DNA of 64,000 bases from Picochlorum sp. SENEW3 (GCA_034226945.1 CP120453.1:1488001-1552000); one strand, 5' to 3'. Shown: positions 31,329-42,910, counted from the stretch's first letter. Translations and numbers: made by a program. The notes: generated by a model not told the origin, from the letters alone.

Positions 31329-33077
31329 CTATTCTATTTCTAAAACTTTTCCCACAGCAAGCGTGCGGCCCCCGTCTCGTAATGCAATACGAGCGAGAGA
31401 TTTGCAGTCATCAAAGGTTTCTAACGGCATAGGGAGCGAGGGAGTGATCTCCACAACCGCAGCTTGCCCCTTTAACAGACACCTTGGCCGCTCCTTCTTC
31501 ACCTCCCCAGTGTGCTCATCCACCAATGTCAATATTCTACTGATCACTCCCGTTTCCCGAGCAACATGAGCGTGTAACGTGACATTCTGGCCGTGTAAAA
31601 GCGGGATGACCACATCTAATACTATAATTTGTGCCTTGAATTTTTTCGCAAGCTTGACAGGGTGTGATGGAGAGCACACTACTGAACCGGCATGAATCAA
31701 TACTGGATCTGACACGGTGATGGTCACGTCTACAGTATCCCCCGCTCGCGCCAGAGTTACTGCTTTATTGTTGGAAGATATCGATTTGACCGTGCCTGAC
31801 TCACCAGGTGGGGTCAGCGTGACTTTTGTGCCTGATTTCATGGCACCCTGATGAACCTTTCCTGAGGCAACCACATTCTTTGAGCCCTTGGCATACGCCT
31901 CGGTTACAGACAGGCGTATCGGAGCATCAACGATTCTTGGAGCGGACACAAACGCATCGATTGTTTCTAATAAAGTACGCCCCGTGTACCACGACAAACA
32001 AGTACTGGTAGGGGGCTTGACCAGGTTGTCACCAGTCAACCCAACTGCTATTGTCCACTGCACCTTTTGCACATCATGGAAACCGTTTCTTTTCATAAAA
32101 TCACTCATCTGCATTTTAATATCCTCAAACCTGTTCTTTGGATCATCGCACGTATCCAACTTTGTCACTACTACCGCCACCTGATCAATCCCAAGGCTCT
32201 GAGCAAGCTGGACATGCTCCCTGGTTTGGCCACCCCCCGAAGGATTCGCGGCATTTGCCGCAGACATACCAGACTCGAACCCACCATCAGATCCATCTAT
32301 GACTACTAACGCCGCATCGGCCTGTGAAGCCCCAGAAATCATGTTGGGAACAAAATCCCTGTGCCCAGGTGCATCCAAAAGGGTCACCTGCTTGTGGGGG
32401 GTTTCAAACCGTGCCATTGCCACATCAACCGTTACTCCTCGACTCCTCTCTTCTGATCTTTCATCCAGCATCCACGCCCATGCAAAAGACCCTTTGCCTA
32501 TAGCCTTGGCATCTTTCTGTGCTTTCGCAATCTCACGATCCCCAACCACACCAGTTTCATACAGCATTCTTCCCATGAGTGTCGACTTCCCCGCATCCAC
32601 ATGTCCTAGCACGACCAAGTTCAACACCTCGCGACCATCCAAGCCTCCATCTGCTGCGGCTGCTGCATCACAGAGAGACTTCAACCCAGAATCCAAGGAA
32701 AAGCTCCCATCAGAAAGGCCCATTGACTTCATATGCCCAGTCGGAGGCTCTGCATCTTTTCTATGAGGCTCAATCTTTCGAGAAGAATGAGACTTCGTGA
32801 CTGGCTGCCCCCTCCGCTTGACTTGCTGCTGTGGGTGGTGCTCCTACAAACAAGCACAGAGAAGGAAATGAGTCTCAAACTACCATATCAACGACAGCAC
32901 AGCATTCCACCTATACCAACATACCATGACTCTTGATCCCGTGACAATTTCTTGCGCATTGCCATCAGCATCTTGGTAGTCCTCCTCTTCTCCCCAGTAG
33001 TCGTCGTCATAGTCGTCGTCGCTGTATCCGTCATCTAGATCGTCTTCGTCGTACCAATTACTTTTACGATGGGCCAT
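31329..33077 (-). CDS. HBS1: HBS1-like translational GTPase (2 exons)
   Basis: Exons 33077-32925 and 32843-31329. Acidic N-terminus, GHVDAGKST, DAPGHRDF, ALRDGGRTLAVG. Confidence 0.93.
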
Positions 33078-33560
33078 GATGATAATAAATTATACTCTAT
33101 GGGAAATATAGGGGTGTCTGCTTGGGTTTCCTTTCGAGTTTGAGATTGACTGGCACAGGAAATATGCATGCTCTCGATCTGCTGTAAGAAGCAAGAGTAG
33201 GAGGTACAAGCAACTTTCTCTGTCCATCCATGGACATCAGGCCTACAAAGCGCAATGTATAGGCTTGGGTCCCACATCAAGACCGAACGGTTGACATCCT
33301 GCAACACCTTGACAGACCCTGGAAGAAGTGATGCACCCTGTGCTTGAAATGAAAGGGTACCCACGCCGCCTAATATGTATTTGAACATGGAGAAAAGTAC
33401 CTATGATGATCTTTTGTTCTGGTACCCTGCATTGTGGCACACAGGAGATGGATTGATGTTTTTTACAATGGATTGTCAATCTTCAGAAGGAAAAAAAGCA
33501 CTGTTATGAAATATGAACATGTATGTATAACTCCAGGATATATTATCACCACTCTTCGAA

Positions 33561-34226
33561 TCACGCTTTATCAGTCACAGATGTTTGAGTCGTGATGGAC
33601 GTCTGCGCATTGGCCACGTCCCCGGTATATGTGGCATCACCAAGTGCAACAGCAATTCCCCCATTCTCATCTCCCGTTGCCGCAGTGAGAGCGAATGCAT
33701 CCACGCTATTCAAAACACTGCCATCTGAATCTAATGATCCAGATAGATCAACGGAAGCCGTCGCATCTCCAGTGGGTCCCTGATACGCCTGATCCTGATT
33801 GATTGTTGCAGACACAGACTCACTTCCCACAGCAGACACATCTGTCTTCAAGCAATCTATCCCCACTGGAGCACCCTCAAACTCGTCTCTGCAATTGACA
33901 GTAGCACTGACAATAGATACGGATGTAGTGCTCCCGCTCCCTGAAGCAGACCCGGTCACTGTCGATGTATAACTTGCCTTCACTCCAGTCTCATCTTGAG
34001 TTGACCCCGTATACGTAGCAGTCTTCTCCACAGTCTTGCCACCACCAATGCCATGAAACGTCGTTTCCCTCGTATAGTTTGGTTTTGAAACATCCTTTCT
34101 CCACCCGTCGAAAAGGCCCATGAGCTTCCTGTTTCCCGGCAAGGACAATGCATGCAGTCCTGACATGCATCCTGTTGCCACCACAAGGCAGCACAGAATG
34201 ACTCGTATACCCCACCGATGTGACAT
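33561..34226 (-). CDS. Secreted Thr/Ser/Ala/Gly-rich protein of unknown function
   Basis: Signal peptide followed by an RKLM motif, then a beta-rich low-complexity body with one Cys pair. Confidence 0.75.
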   Translation of the reverse strand: MSHRWGIRVILCCLVVATGCMSGLHALSLPGNRKLMGLFDGWRKDVSKPNYTRETTFHGIGGGKTVEKTATYTGSTQDETGVKASYTSTVTGSASGSGSTTSVSIVSATVNCRDEFEGAPVGIDCLKTDVSAVGSESVSATINQDQAYQGPTGDATASVDLSGSLDSDGSVLNSVDAFALTAATGDENGGIAVALGDATYTGDVANAQTSITTQTSVTDKA

Positions 34227-34605
34227 GGAATACGAATGTACGGAACTTCTGTCGACAATGTCGATAGCGATGTCAAATCAGAATTGCTTCAAACGCGTTG
34301 AACATCGAGATACATTCTCTGCATCTGTCTCACGATCCCAGGTGGACCATGAATGGTTTGACCAATCCAAGAAAATTCTAGTCATTTTGAAGAATGAACA
34401 ATGTCCTCGTCTGTCAGTCCAATACACGTCTATGACATACAATTAAGGAAACGAGATGTGATTCATGTAGAAAGTTGGTTGGCAGGGACAGGGTGTGAGT
34501 GATCGTCATGCAAGGTTTGAATAGCATTCCAAGAAGACCGGATTTTGACAAATAAAGCAATCGGACTATGAATACAAAACAACCCACAATAGAGTTGATC
34601 TGCCC

Positions 34606-36081
34606 TTAACCACTCAAACCAATAATAGATTTGCCTATTTTCTTCTGCTGCTTTAGATATTCATTTGATAATTTTAATGAATTCAAGTGATCTTGCTCCC
34701 TGACCAGACGCTCTCCTTCAGCCATGAGATTTTCGAGTTTGAGATTGACTGGCTCAAATTCCGGAAGGTTTTCCTGATGGACCAATCGACGCCCGAGCTC
34801 TTTTAGATTTTCGTTTTCCTCCGAGATACACCCATCGATGACATCATTCTGGATCCACTCCCTGATCTGGTTGTCATATGTCGCTGCACGAAGGGCTCCA
34901 TAAAAGTCCAAGCTTTGGTTCGGGAACGCCTTGAGCAGTTCCACCATGTCCTTCTTTTCCAAGCCATCGTCCTTGTACATTTGGAAGAGAATATTGGTTA
35001 GATCGTCCAAGGACGGTTGCCAGTAGAATTTCTCCATTCTTCCATCCCGTAAGAGTGGGGCAAACACTGTGGACAGGTCGTTTCCTGTCACAATCACTGG
35101 AATTCGTTGCAGCGGTGGCTCATCCTCCCTCCAATCGACATTGTATCGATTCACTTTATTTGGGTTGTCACAAATAGACATCAAAGTTCCTGTCACCATT
35201 TGATTGTTGACTGTAATCTGCGTGTTGTCAAAAATCCCGAGGCCTGCATCAATATCATTGATCAGCAAGCAGGACATATTACCTCTCACTCTCGACATTT
35301 CCGCAGCTTTTCTATACCTATCTCGTATCATGTACCCTGGCTCACCTGCCCTCTCGCTCTCCAACTCTCCAGCAGACATCACGACCGCTTCCACACCCAA
35401 CTTTTTGAAAGCCAATTCGGTCTGGAATGACTTTCCCTGTCCCTTCCCTCCCCATATACCCAGGATGAGGGGAACCTTGGTCATGGGATCGAAGCACCCA
35501 GCATCAATGAGATAGTTCTTGACAATATGCATCACCACCGCGTCCAGAAACTTTGGCGCCACGTAATAGTCTCCCACAATGTTATTGTAGGATCTAAACT
35601 CATACCCACGCAGTGTTCCATCCGCAATATCACTTTGATGTCCCAAGAAGGACCCAGTGAAGATCGAATCAAGATTCTGAGAATTTTGAGCAGTGTCTAC
35701 ATTCATACTTACATCCGATTGCCCTAATTCGTACAAGTAATCCGCATCCTTGGAAGATCCCCCAGTAGCTTCTTTTGCTCCCCAACTGGATTTCATCTCT
35801 GATATCTTCTTCCCTGTCGCCCTCTGCGGAGGTGTATCCACCGTTTCTACTGCATCGCCTTGACCAATTGCTTCGGCAGCATCGACGCCGAAGCAATACA
35901 TGACACTTCCATCCTCCAAATGCTCCACTACGACTCTACTGCTGTAGGATACTACCATCCTTTTCCGCATATTCCTCGCATCATATCTCCATCGCGATCG
36001 CATACATCCTTTAAAAGATACCTTGTGATCTCCAAAAGCCAGGGGTCGACGATATCCGCAGGATATCTGGTGCAGAGACAT
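34606..36081 (-). CDS. Rubisco activase-like AAA+ protein (RCA paralog)
   Basis: PLILGIWGGKGQGKSFQ, MSAGELES, LLINDIDAG, TGNDLSTVFAPLLRDGRMEKFYW. Transit peptide present. Confidence 0.9.
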   Translation of the reverse strand: MSLHQISCGYRRPLAFGDHKVSFKGCMRSRWRYDARNMRKRMVVSYSSRVVVEHLEDGSVMYCFGVDAAEAIGQGDAVETVDTPPQRATGKKISEMKSSWGAKEATGGSSKDADYLYELGQSDVSMNVDTAQNSQNLDSIFTGSFLGHQSDIADGTLRGYEFRSYNNIVGDYYVAPKFLDAVVMHIVKNYLIDAGCFDPMTKVPLILGIWGGKGQGKSFQTELAFKKLGVEAVVMSAGELESERAGEPGYMIRDRYRKAAEMSRVRGNMSCLLINDIDAGLGIFDNTQITVNNQMVTGTLMSICDNPNKVNRYNVDWREDEPPLQRIPVIVTGNDLSTVFAPLLRDGRMEKFYWQPSLDDLTNILFQMYKDDGLEKKDMVELLKAFPNQSLDFYGALRAATYDNQIREWIQNDVIDGCISEENENLKELGRRLVHQENLPEFEPVNLKLENLMAEGERLVREQDHLNSLKLSNEYLKQQKKIGKSIIGLSG

Positions 36082-36363
36082 GGCTGTTTGACAACAGGAA
36101 CAATTCACCTACGATGATATACACCACAATGTCGAGAAATGTGCCATGGAAAAATGTTAAGGGACTCTTTTGCAGCATCTAGGTTAATATAATCGGCGCA
36201 TCCATCCACCTTTTGAGGGAGGGCTGATCTGATCTCTTTGCCCAGTACGAGAGAGCACCCATCCAACAGTATCGACATCCGCCATGGCTCAAACCCAGTT
36301 CTAGAACTTCAGATCTGAAGAGGCTCGTACGCGCATTGCCTTGCACAGTATTACAGATTTTTA

Positions 36364-37380
36364 ATGGTAGCTATGACAGTGACTCAGCCACCGATAATTG
36401 ATGCACAAGGGTTGTTCAAGGATGCTTCCAAGCGACACGTCACTGTGGACCCTGAAGAGTTTGGCAGCGTCGCTGAGCAGGTGGAGGAAGCGTCGAGGAC
36501 GTGGGGAGTATTCCGTATCACGAATCATGGCTTTGATGAAAATATCTTGAAGGAGACGGTGGAGATGGTGCAGGAATTCTTCGATTTGCCCGATGAGACA
36601 AAGTCTTTCGTAGAGAGAACAGCCAACAATCCTTCAGGTTGGTCGAATTCGGAGCTGACGAAGCAGGCATTGGATCTCAAAGAGATTTTTGATTACTGCT
36701 ATATACCTCACCGTGACAAACCAGACGATCACCCGAGTAATAGGGGCATTGATGGCTGGAATAGGTTTATGGATTCTAGAATGCGAGAGGTTTTCTTGAG
36801 ATACTTTGATCATGTGGAGGAATGCTGCTATAGATTGCTGCAGGTGCTTTGCATGGCGCTAGATATTGATTACGAGTATGCCAAGCGGCTATTTACCGGT
36901 GAATCTTGTGGATTTTGTCGGATGAATTTCTACAAAGGATTGAAAGAAATAGAAAACGATGGGCAGAGGTATGGTATACACGACCATACAGATGCAGGTT
37001 TTTTTACAATACTGTGGACATCGATGGCAAGAGGCATAGAGTTTTATCATGATGGGAGGTGGGTGACTTTGGAGCCATTGGCAGGTTCCTTTACAATAAA
37101 TGTTGGCGATATGTGTCAGGTCCTGACAAATGGTTTATTTGCTGCACCAGTCCATCGAGTAATCATCAAAGAGGATGTAAGGCGGTATAGCATGGCCTTC
37201 TTTTTCAACCCGTCTCCCAAGGCTCGTATCAAACCTATTGAGCCTTGCATACAAAAGTCTGGTCGCCCAAGCATGTACAAGGATATTTCCTGGTCAGAAT
37301 TCAGAAATCAAAGATTCGCAGGCGATTATGCGGATGAGGGAAAAGAAGTACAAATTAGCGATTATTTGCATCATGAATAA
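36364..37380 (+). CDS. 2-oxoglutarate/Fe(II)-dependent dioxygenase (IPNS/DIOX family)
   Basis: WGVFRITNHG, HTD...H iron triad and RYS 2OG-binding motif. Intronless. Confidence 0.93.
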   Translation: MVAMTVTQPPIIDAQGLFKDASKRHVTVDPEEFGSVAEQVEEASRTWGVFRITNHGFDENILKETVEMVQEFFDLPDETKSFVERTANNPSGWSNSELTKQALDLKEIFDYCYIPHRDKPDDHPSNRGIDGWNRFMDSRMREVFLRYFDHVEECCYRLLQVLCMALDIDYEYAKRLFTGESCGFCRMNFYKGLKEIENDGQRYGIHDHTDAGFFTILWTSMARGIEFYHDGRWVTLEPLAGSFTINVGDMCQVLTNGLFAAPVHRVIIKEDVRRYSMAFFFNPSPKARIKPIEPCIQKSGRPSMYKDISWSEFRNQRFAGDYADEGKEVQISDYLHHE

Positions 37381-37583
37381 ATGCAAGTAGTGGAGCACTG
37401 AAAGAGAGCGAGAGACATGATGTTTCAGACATCTGCAAGTGGGGGTACTGGTCATGCGGCAGAGAGGTGAAATACATCTATTTACAAGGCAATCCCTTCT
37501 GACTGAAGATATCAAGTTCAGAGCGAAACCAATGGAAGAAGTGGGCAGTAGTATTCTGTGTGGTCTTTTCCTTGCAAGTTTGT

Positions 37584-38329
37584 TCAAGACCTGAGCAAAG
37601 AGAGTGCTTTTTTACCAGTCATGTTCCTGGACAGCGTTTGACCACGTTGCCTGCATAGTTGACGTCTAGGTCGCTCGTTGACAGTTGCGTTTCGTTGCTC
37701 ACATTGCTTGCGAAGATAGCTTTGAACTTTAAAGTCCTTATCCTCTTCATGGACCTTTCGTCGCTTTTGTCGAGCCATTGTCTGGAGAAGATTATTGCCT
37801 CTACACATTGAGTCAAGTGTGCAACTTGTCATTCAGTGCTCCCTGTTACATCATTGTCAAGAACAACACATGGAAAAGGCACGTACTTGTGACACGCTTT
37901 ATGTCTCTTTTGAGATATGACCTTCAAACTTTCAGTTTCGTTGTCCGACAGATTGTCCATCTTCTTGTATTCAAAATGGTACTCCGCATCTCTTGGGCGG
38001 CGTGGTCTTCCCCTAGGCCGAGAAGAAGAACGGATATTTGCATGTCCATGACTGTCGTCTGATATTTGCATGGCCTCGTGCTCTTCAAAGCTCCAGTCAA
38101 AAGGATCCACACCAGTGTGGTCATCGAAGAGGAAGAAGTCTCCATTCTGCAGGTGTGTCTTCCTGGTGGCACGCCTTCTGGGTCTTCCGGAGTCAACAGG
38201 CGTACTTTGGTTCCCAGTTTCTTCTGTTCTTGTTGCTCTTGAAGACGCCGCGCGCATTCTTCTAATCTTTCTCTCTGTATTATCGTGTACCCTGAAGTCC
38301 TCATCTAGAACTTCCTTTAATAGTGGCAT
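37584..38329 (-). CDS. Basic protein with AT-hook motif (2 exons)
   Basis: Exons 38329-37887 and 37800-37584 (intron GTACGT...TGTAG, phase 2). RPRGRPRR AT-hook core and QKRRK NLS-like patch. Confidence 0.6.
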
Positions 38330-38741
38330 GGTAAATAACAGTATCAAAAAGGCACAATCTTTTCACATGTAGATTTCAAGTGTCACATGTTTACAGCAGT
38401 CAATGTGTTCTTAATAAACTATACGCCCGGTCACCCGACCATATCAAAGTAGCGTTGACCCTCCTACCACCAGGTGATGCCCAGTCAACCCTCCTGTCCA
38501 AGGTCGACTATCGCGAACATTAATCGCAATATCTTCCTCATCTTTGGTCCATTTTGTCCATATTTTCTCCCAAAATATTCTTTTCAGATTCTGACCACGA
38601 ATTTTACGATCCAGCGACTCGAATGACACTTTAATACAATATTACATTGATTTAGGGGTGCGAGGGAATTTAGTACGCGCCAGGGGAGCCGAAGGAGCGA
38701 CATCGTGAAAAAGTTTGAACGCCTATTACCGGCCCTCGAAG

Positions 38742-41705
38742 TTAAGAAGGAACATACTCAAATGGCTCAGGTGGAGGGGGTTCATCACCCTCATTATTCT
38801 TTTCCTCTTTGGCCTTCTTCTCCTCGAATTCATACTCCACTGGCTCGTCCATCTTACTATTCTTGAGAACCACAAAACCAGACTTCTGACGGTTACCTCT
38901 GATGGGGTACCACCTTTCATTCTTCAGGAATTGCATGAAATGTCGTTGTGCTGGGACCACTCTCGCTGGGTTCTTCAGCATAAAATACTGGGAAGCCCCT
39001 CCCTCCTGTGTATGACTGCTTTCGTCTATTTTCTGCACTCCGCCCTCTTCCTTGGTGCTATCGTCAACTTCCATCTCTTCGCCTGCATTTCTTGCGTCGT
39101 CACCCTTTCCTTCCTCTTTTTCCTGCTTCTCCTCATCTGCTGCCTTTTCAGCCTTTTTCCTTGATGTCGACAACACTGCTTTTGGAACCTTTTCCTTGGA
39201 TTTTTTACCTTCTACTGCAACTGGTGCTGGCAGTGCAAAATTCTCTGGAGAGGTGTTGCATTTCAATGTGAAGTCCACTGGTGGAGCTAATGTCTCATCC
39301 ACACCAATCAGGAATGTAGGCTTCAAGGCCAGGGCAATGGTGTGTGACAGAGGGTACCAGTACCAGTACTGTGTGAATAGCGCTAAACCTAGCACAGACG
39401 ATCTTCTCAAGCCTCCAACATCAGTGTGAAGAGACAAGGTTGAATTTCTTCCGGCAGCATCCAAGATGCCATTTGCCATGATGGCACCCATGCGGGTCAT
39501 GAGATCTACGCCCCTCGTGGACATGGCCTTGTTCAGACGGCCACGGAACTCGCTCTGCTCCCCCTGTTCAATTTTCACCATCGCAGTTGCTATTAAAGCT
39601 CCTTGCATCACAAAGTCCACAGGATCATTCCAGAGCGATTCCAACAATTTAGAGGCCTCTTTCAGACCAGAGCCCGCCCCAGAAATGCCGACTGCCAGAC
39701 AGGTTCCATATCTCACGTGAGGATTGTAGCTTTCGCTCAAAAGAGACACAGCTCGGACACATAGCCAAGGATTCCCCGCCATTACGAATCCTATACAAAG
39801 AACTGCAGCACGCCTAACATCGTTACTGACATCACTGACTGCAAAGTGAAGAAGTCTCTGAGTCGCAGAATTATCACAAGTTCCACAATAGGCAAGGCCG
39901 ATGGCAAACATTCCTCCATATCGCAATATAGCGTCCTGATCGAGAGTCATGGCCTCAATCATAGTATCGGCTTTCTCTTCTCTGCCATACTGAATTGCTG
40001 CCAGGCCAATGGCCAGGCCTCGAATAATCTTCTCATGCTGTGTATCATGGGCATACGCCAACATTTCCTCGGACAAATCAGATCCACTTCCAGTAAACAA
40101 CAGACCCATTGCCAGGCCTGCAGCTTCACCGGCTACCGCGTTGTCGTTATACAGGATATTTTTGATTTCCTCAAATGTTGCAGAGTCCTCGCTGCCAATA
40201 CCAGATATGCCGAGACCCAGGCATGCTCCATGCTGAATCACTTCGCTCTGGGAATTTTTCAAAGAATCTAAGATATAGTCTTTAATTCCTTCTCCATTGT
40301 TCGAGTGAATCAACCCCAGGGCATACAATGATCCGCCTTCCGAATATGGAGAGGCTGCTGCCCCTGAGGAGGGCAAGTACGGTTTGAGGTATTCCCTGCT
40401 GTTCTTCACATTTCCCTTGTGGATAACACCCAATCCAGCAGTGACACTAAACTTTGACCAATTGGTTGCCTTTGCCAACCAGTCTAAATTCTCCCTCAGG
40501 AAAGCATCATTGGTTGTGCCTGCATTCATCATGGCATTCGCAAACACAGTTGCTCCGTGACACACACTATTCCTTGGCTCCACAGTAGCTTTGATATTCT
40601 TCAGGATTTGAGAATCTGTGGCATTGTTTCTTGCCAGAAATTGACGTTCTAACTCCATAGGAATTTCACCAGATAGAATTCTATCCAGCCTTGTGGCCAC
40701 GAGGTCATGTGGGTGATGCGCATCCTCTGTACTTGTTCCAGCGGCGTCCTCCATCAGACCAGTAGTCTCAGTCGCTTCTTTCTCCTTATCCTCTATATTC
40801 AGTTTCTTCTCGATATTCTTGATAATATTGAATTCTTTCGAAATAACATTTCTCAGAGACACAGTAAACGATTGGTTCTCGGCCTCATACACATCAAACC
40901 CAATCTGATACGCCATCAGCTCTTGATTTTTTGTTCCCTTGATCAATCCAACAAGAATATCACCAGCATGCTCAGGCTTGTCCAAAATGATGAGACACTT
41001 GATAACCGAGCTCACATCCTTGATCTCCATCTTCTCATGCATTCTCACCAACAGATGCAGGATGTCGTCCCTGTACTGCTTGGAACTAACAGATTCCTGA
41101 GCCGCACGAAGCGTGTACTGCACCAAGTGTGGAGCCCTTGACCCAGACAAAGAAATAACCTCCTCCAACATGTCCAACCTGTGCGACTCCACGGCCAAAC
41201 CCACTGCCTGCTCCAACTGCCCATCCTCCACACATTGCTTGAACAGCCTCTCCACTATAGCCAACAACCTAGAATCGATTCCATCATCAGCCAGCTTTCC
41301 TTCTTTGGCCGCAACCTTCCTCTGGCTTGTGTATGTATCCACACAACAAGCCAGCATTGTCTTGCTGTAGTCACTGCCTCCACTCACATCAACCAGACTC
41401 CCAGCCCCAAGTGCATACATCAGAGCATCATCGAAGTCGTCAAGATGATAAAAAACCTTCGATGCCACCAAAGCAGCGAGCTCCCTATGACTAAATTCCT
41501 CGTCTTCAAACAGTGCCTCGATCAGAGAGATGGAACCACTCAATTGAAACCAGAACTCGTCCACATTCGCATTCATCTGCTCCAAAGCGAATATTTTAAG
41601 AGAATCTTCATCTTCCTCCAACAAGGCCAACACACTGGAGGCTCCACTGTGTCCAATACCTATCGTCGTTGAAATTCCAACGGCAACTCCACCACTGGAA
41701 CCCAT
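38742..41705 (-). CDS. RPN2: 26S proteasome regulatory subunit RPN2 (PSMD1)
   Basis: LAALVASKVFYHL, FLRENLDWLAKATNWSKFS, PC repeats, C-terminal EPPPPEPFEY. Confidence 0.97.
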   Translation of the reverse strand: MGSSGGVAVGISTTIGIGHSGASSVLALLEEDEDSLKIFALEQMNANVDEFWFQLSGSISLIEALFEDEEFSHRELAALVASKVFYHLDDFDDALMYALGAGSLVDVSGGSDYSKTMLACCVDTYTSQRKVAAKEGKLADDGIDSRLLAIVERLFKQCVEDGQLEQAVGLAVESHRLDMLEEVISLSGSRAPHLVQYTLRAAQESVSSKQYRDDILHLLVRMHEKMEIKDVSSVIKCLIILDKPEHAGDILVGLIKGTKNQELMAYQIGFDVYEAENQSFTVSLRNVISKEFNIIKNIEKKLNIEDKEKEATETTGLMEDAAGTSTEDAHHPHDLVATRLDRILSGEIPMELERQFLARNNATDSQILKNIKATVEPRNSVCHGATVFANAMMNAGTTNDAFLRENLDWLAKATNWSKFSVTAGLGVIHKGNVKNSREYLKPYLPSSGAAASPYSEGGSLYALGLIHSNNGEGIKDYILDSLKNSQSEVIQHGACLGLGISGIGSEDSATFEEIKNILYNDNAVAGEAAGLAMGLLFTGSGSDLSEEMLAYAHDTQHEKIIRGLAIGLAAIQYGREEKADTMIEAMTLDQDAILRYGGMFAIGLAYCGTCDNSATQRLLHFAVSDVSNDVRRAAVLCIGFVMAGNPWLCVRAVSLLSESYNPHVRYGTCLAVGISGAGSGLKEASKLLESLWNDPVDFVMQGALIATAMVKIEQGEQSEFRGRLNKAMSTRGVDLMTRMGAIMANGILDAAGRNSTLSLHTDVGGLRRSSVLGLALFTQYWYWYPLSHTIALALKPTFLIGVDETLAPPVDFTLKCNTSPENFALPAPVAVEGKKSKEKVPKAVLSTSRKKAEKAADEEKQEKEEGKGDDARNAGEEMEVDDSTKEEGGVQKIDESSHTQEGGASQYFMLKNPARVVPAQRHFMQFLKNERWYPIRGNRQKSGFVVLKNSKMDEPVEYEFEEKKAKEEKNNEGDEPPPPEPFEYVPS

Positions 41706-42071
41706 ATCCACTATTATTGTCACTCTAGAATGTATGAACTACTTTATATTAACAGGATATTACGATATAAATTGACTCTGACCGGAATATCTGTTCTTCT
41801 CGTGCCTGAACTGCGGATCAATCAACCAATCAATCAAAACAGTCCAGTCCCACGGGTGGTGATGTATTTCTAATCTCCACGCCCACTTCCTTCGTGTTAA
41901 ACCTAATAGAGTGATTTTTTTCCAACCTACACAAGGGCCGGCCAAGTTACATGGGATTCCATACGAATCTCCGTCAATAGAACATATAAATATTGATGTT
42001 TCACCCTATTGATCCCATCATGGCGATGCGTGCCACGTGCAGATGTATCATTGTATGTTCGGAGAATACGG

Positions 42072-42824
42072 ATGGGCTGTGCATCGGTGCCTTTGGGTGA
42101 TGTTGGGTACAGTGTTCCTAGGCTCGTTGGGGAACGGAGGAGAATAGGAGGAGGAGCTCTTCGGCACACGGCATATCCACTCGGATCAGTGCGACGGAAT
42201 CCGATTTCATGTTACTGTCGATGTGACTCGGATGGCCTGCCTGTCCTTGATAGTAGGCGACGAGTGGTTGTGGGTTTGTTTGGGGTGGTTCCGTTGTGGG
42301 TGTGGTCCCCAACTGGTCGTAGCATGGCACAGAGCGATGGAGGTCTAGATATGTACAGATCGGATGCATACCGAATGAAGTATCCCGAGTCATGGGAGGT
42401 GACGGGGAAGGCTGGGGCGGATGTGCTGTTCAAGGATCCGGCAAGGAGGGGTGCAAACATTGGAGTGACCGTCCTTCCTGTGAGGATTGACTCTGTGGCA
42501 GAGTACAGCGACTTGCAAAATGTCTCTGAGAAGATACTGCAAGCGGAAAGGGCCAAGGATGGGAGTTTGAGCGCGGAGATGATGAACAAGGACTCAGTGG
42601 TCTTGCCTGGGAGTGGGGTCCAGGCATATGATTACGAGTACGAGGTTGGGACGACGCGGGGAACGAAAAGAATATTGTCCCGAGTATGTATTCGGGATAA
42701 AACTTTGTATGTGGTGAATGGGACGCTGTCCTGCGGCAAGGTGGATGCATGTCAATTTGATGAAGATGACAACCGGATTCTCCAGCTCATGAGACAGTCT
42801 GTCGAATCTTTCAATGTTCTTTAA
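42072..42824 (+). CDS. PPD2: PsbP-domain protein (PPD2-like), thylakoid lumen
   Basis: Twin-Arg signal RRRVVVG. KAGADVLFKDP...NIGVTVLPVRI...YEYEVGTTRG. Confidence 0.8.
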   Translation: MGCASVPLGDVGYSVPRLVGERRRIGGGALRHTAYPLGSVRRNPISCYCRCDSDGLPVLDSRRRVVVGLFGVVPLWVWSPTGRSMAQSDGGLDMYRSDAYRMKYPESWEVTGKAGADVLFKDPARRGANIGVTVLPVRIDSVAEYSDLQNVSEKILQAERAKDGSLSAEMMNKDSVVLPGSGVQAYDYEYEVGTTRGTKRILSRVCIRDKTLYVVNGTLSCGKVDACQFDEDDNRILQLMRQSVESFNVL

Positions 42825-42910
42825 AGGTTGCGATGGGCAGTACCTTCATCAAAATCGATCGCACCAGCGTGCGTTTATTTAAGAGAGAATCCTTAACAAT
42901 ACGTATTCAT

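Noticed and set aside
33035..33479. Short ORFs upstream of HBS1 as an extra gene
   Set aside because: No consistent splice model or recognisable motif. Best read as promoter/UTR sequence.
14397..37380. Biosynthetic gene cluster (acyltransferase + methyltransferases + 2OG oxygenase)
   Set aside because: No PKS/NRPS core gene in the window, and the enzymes are separated by many housekeeping genes.
38650..38741. Hairpin (CGAGGG...CCCTCG) in the RPN2 3'-UTR as SECIS, SRP or tRNA-like element
   Set aside because: RPN2 has no in-frame TGA, there is no SECIS quartet or cloverleaf, and the stem is only 6 bp.
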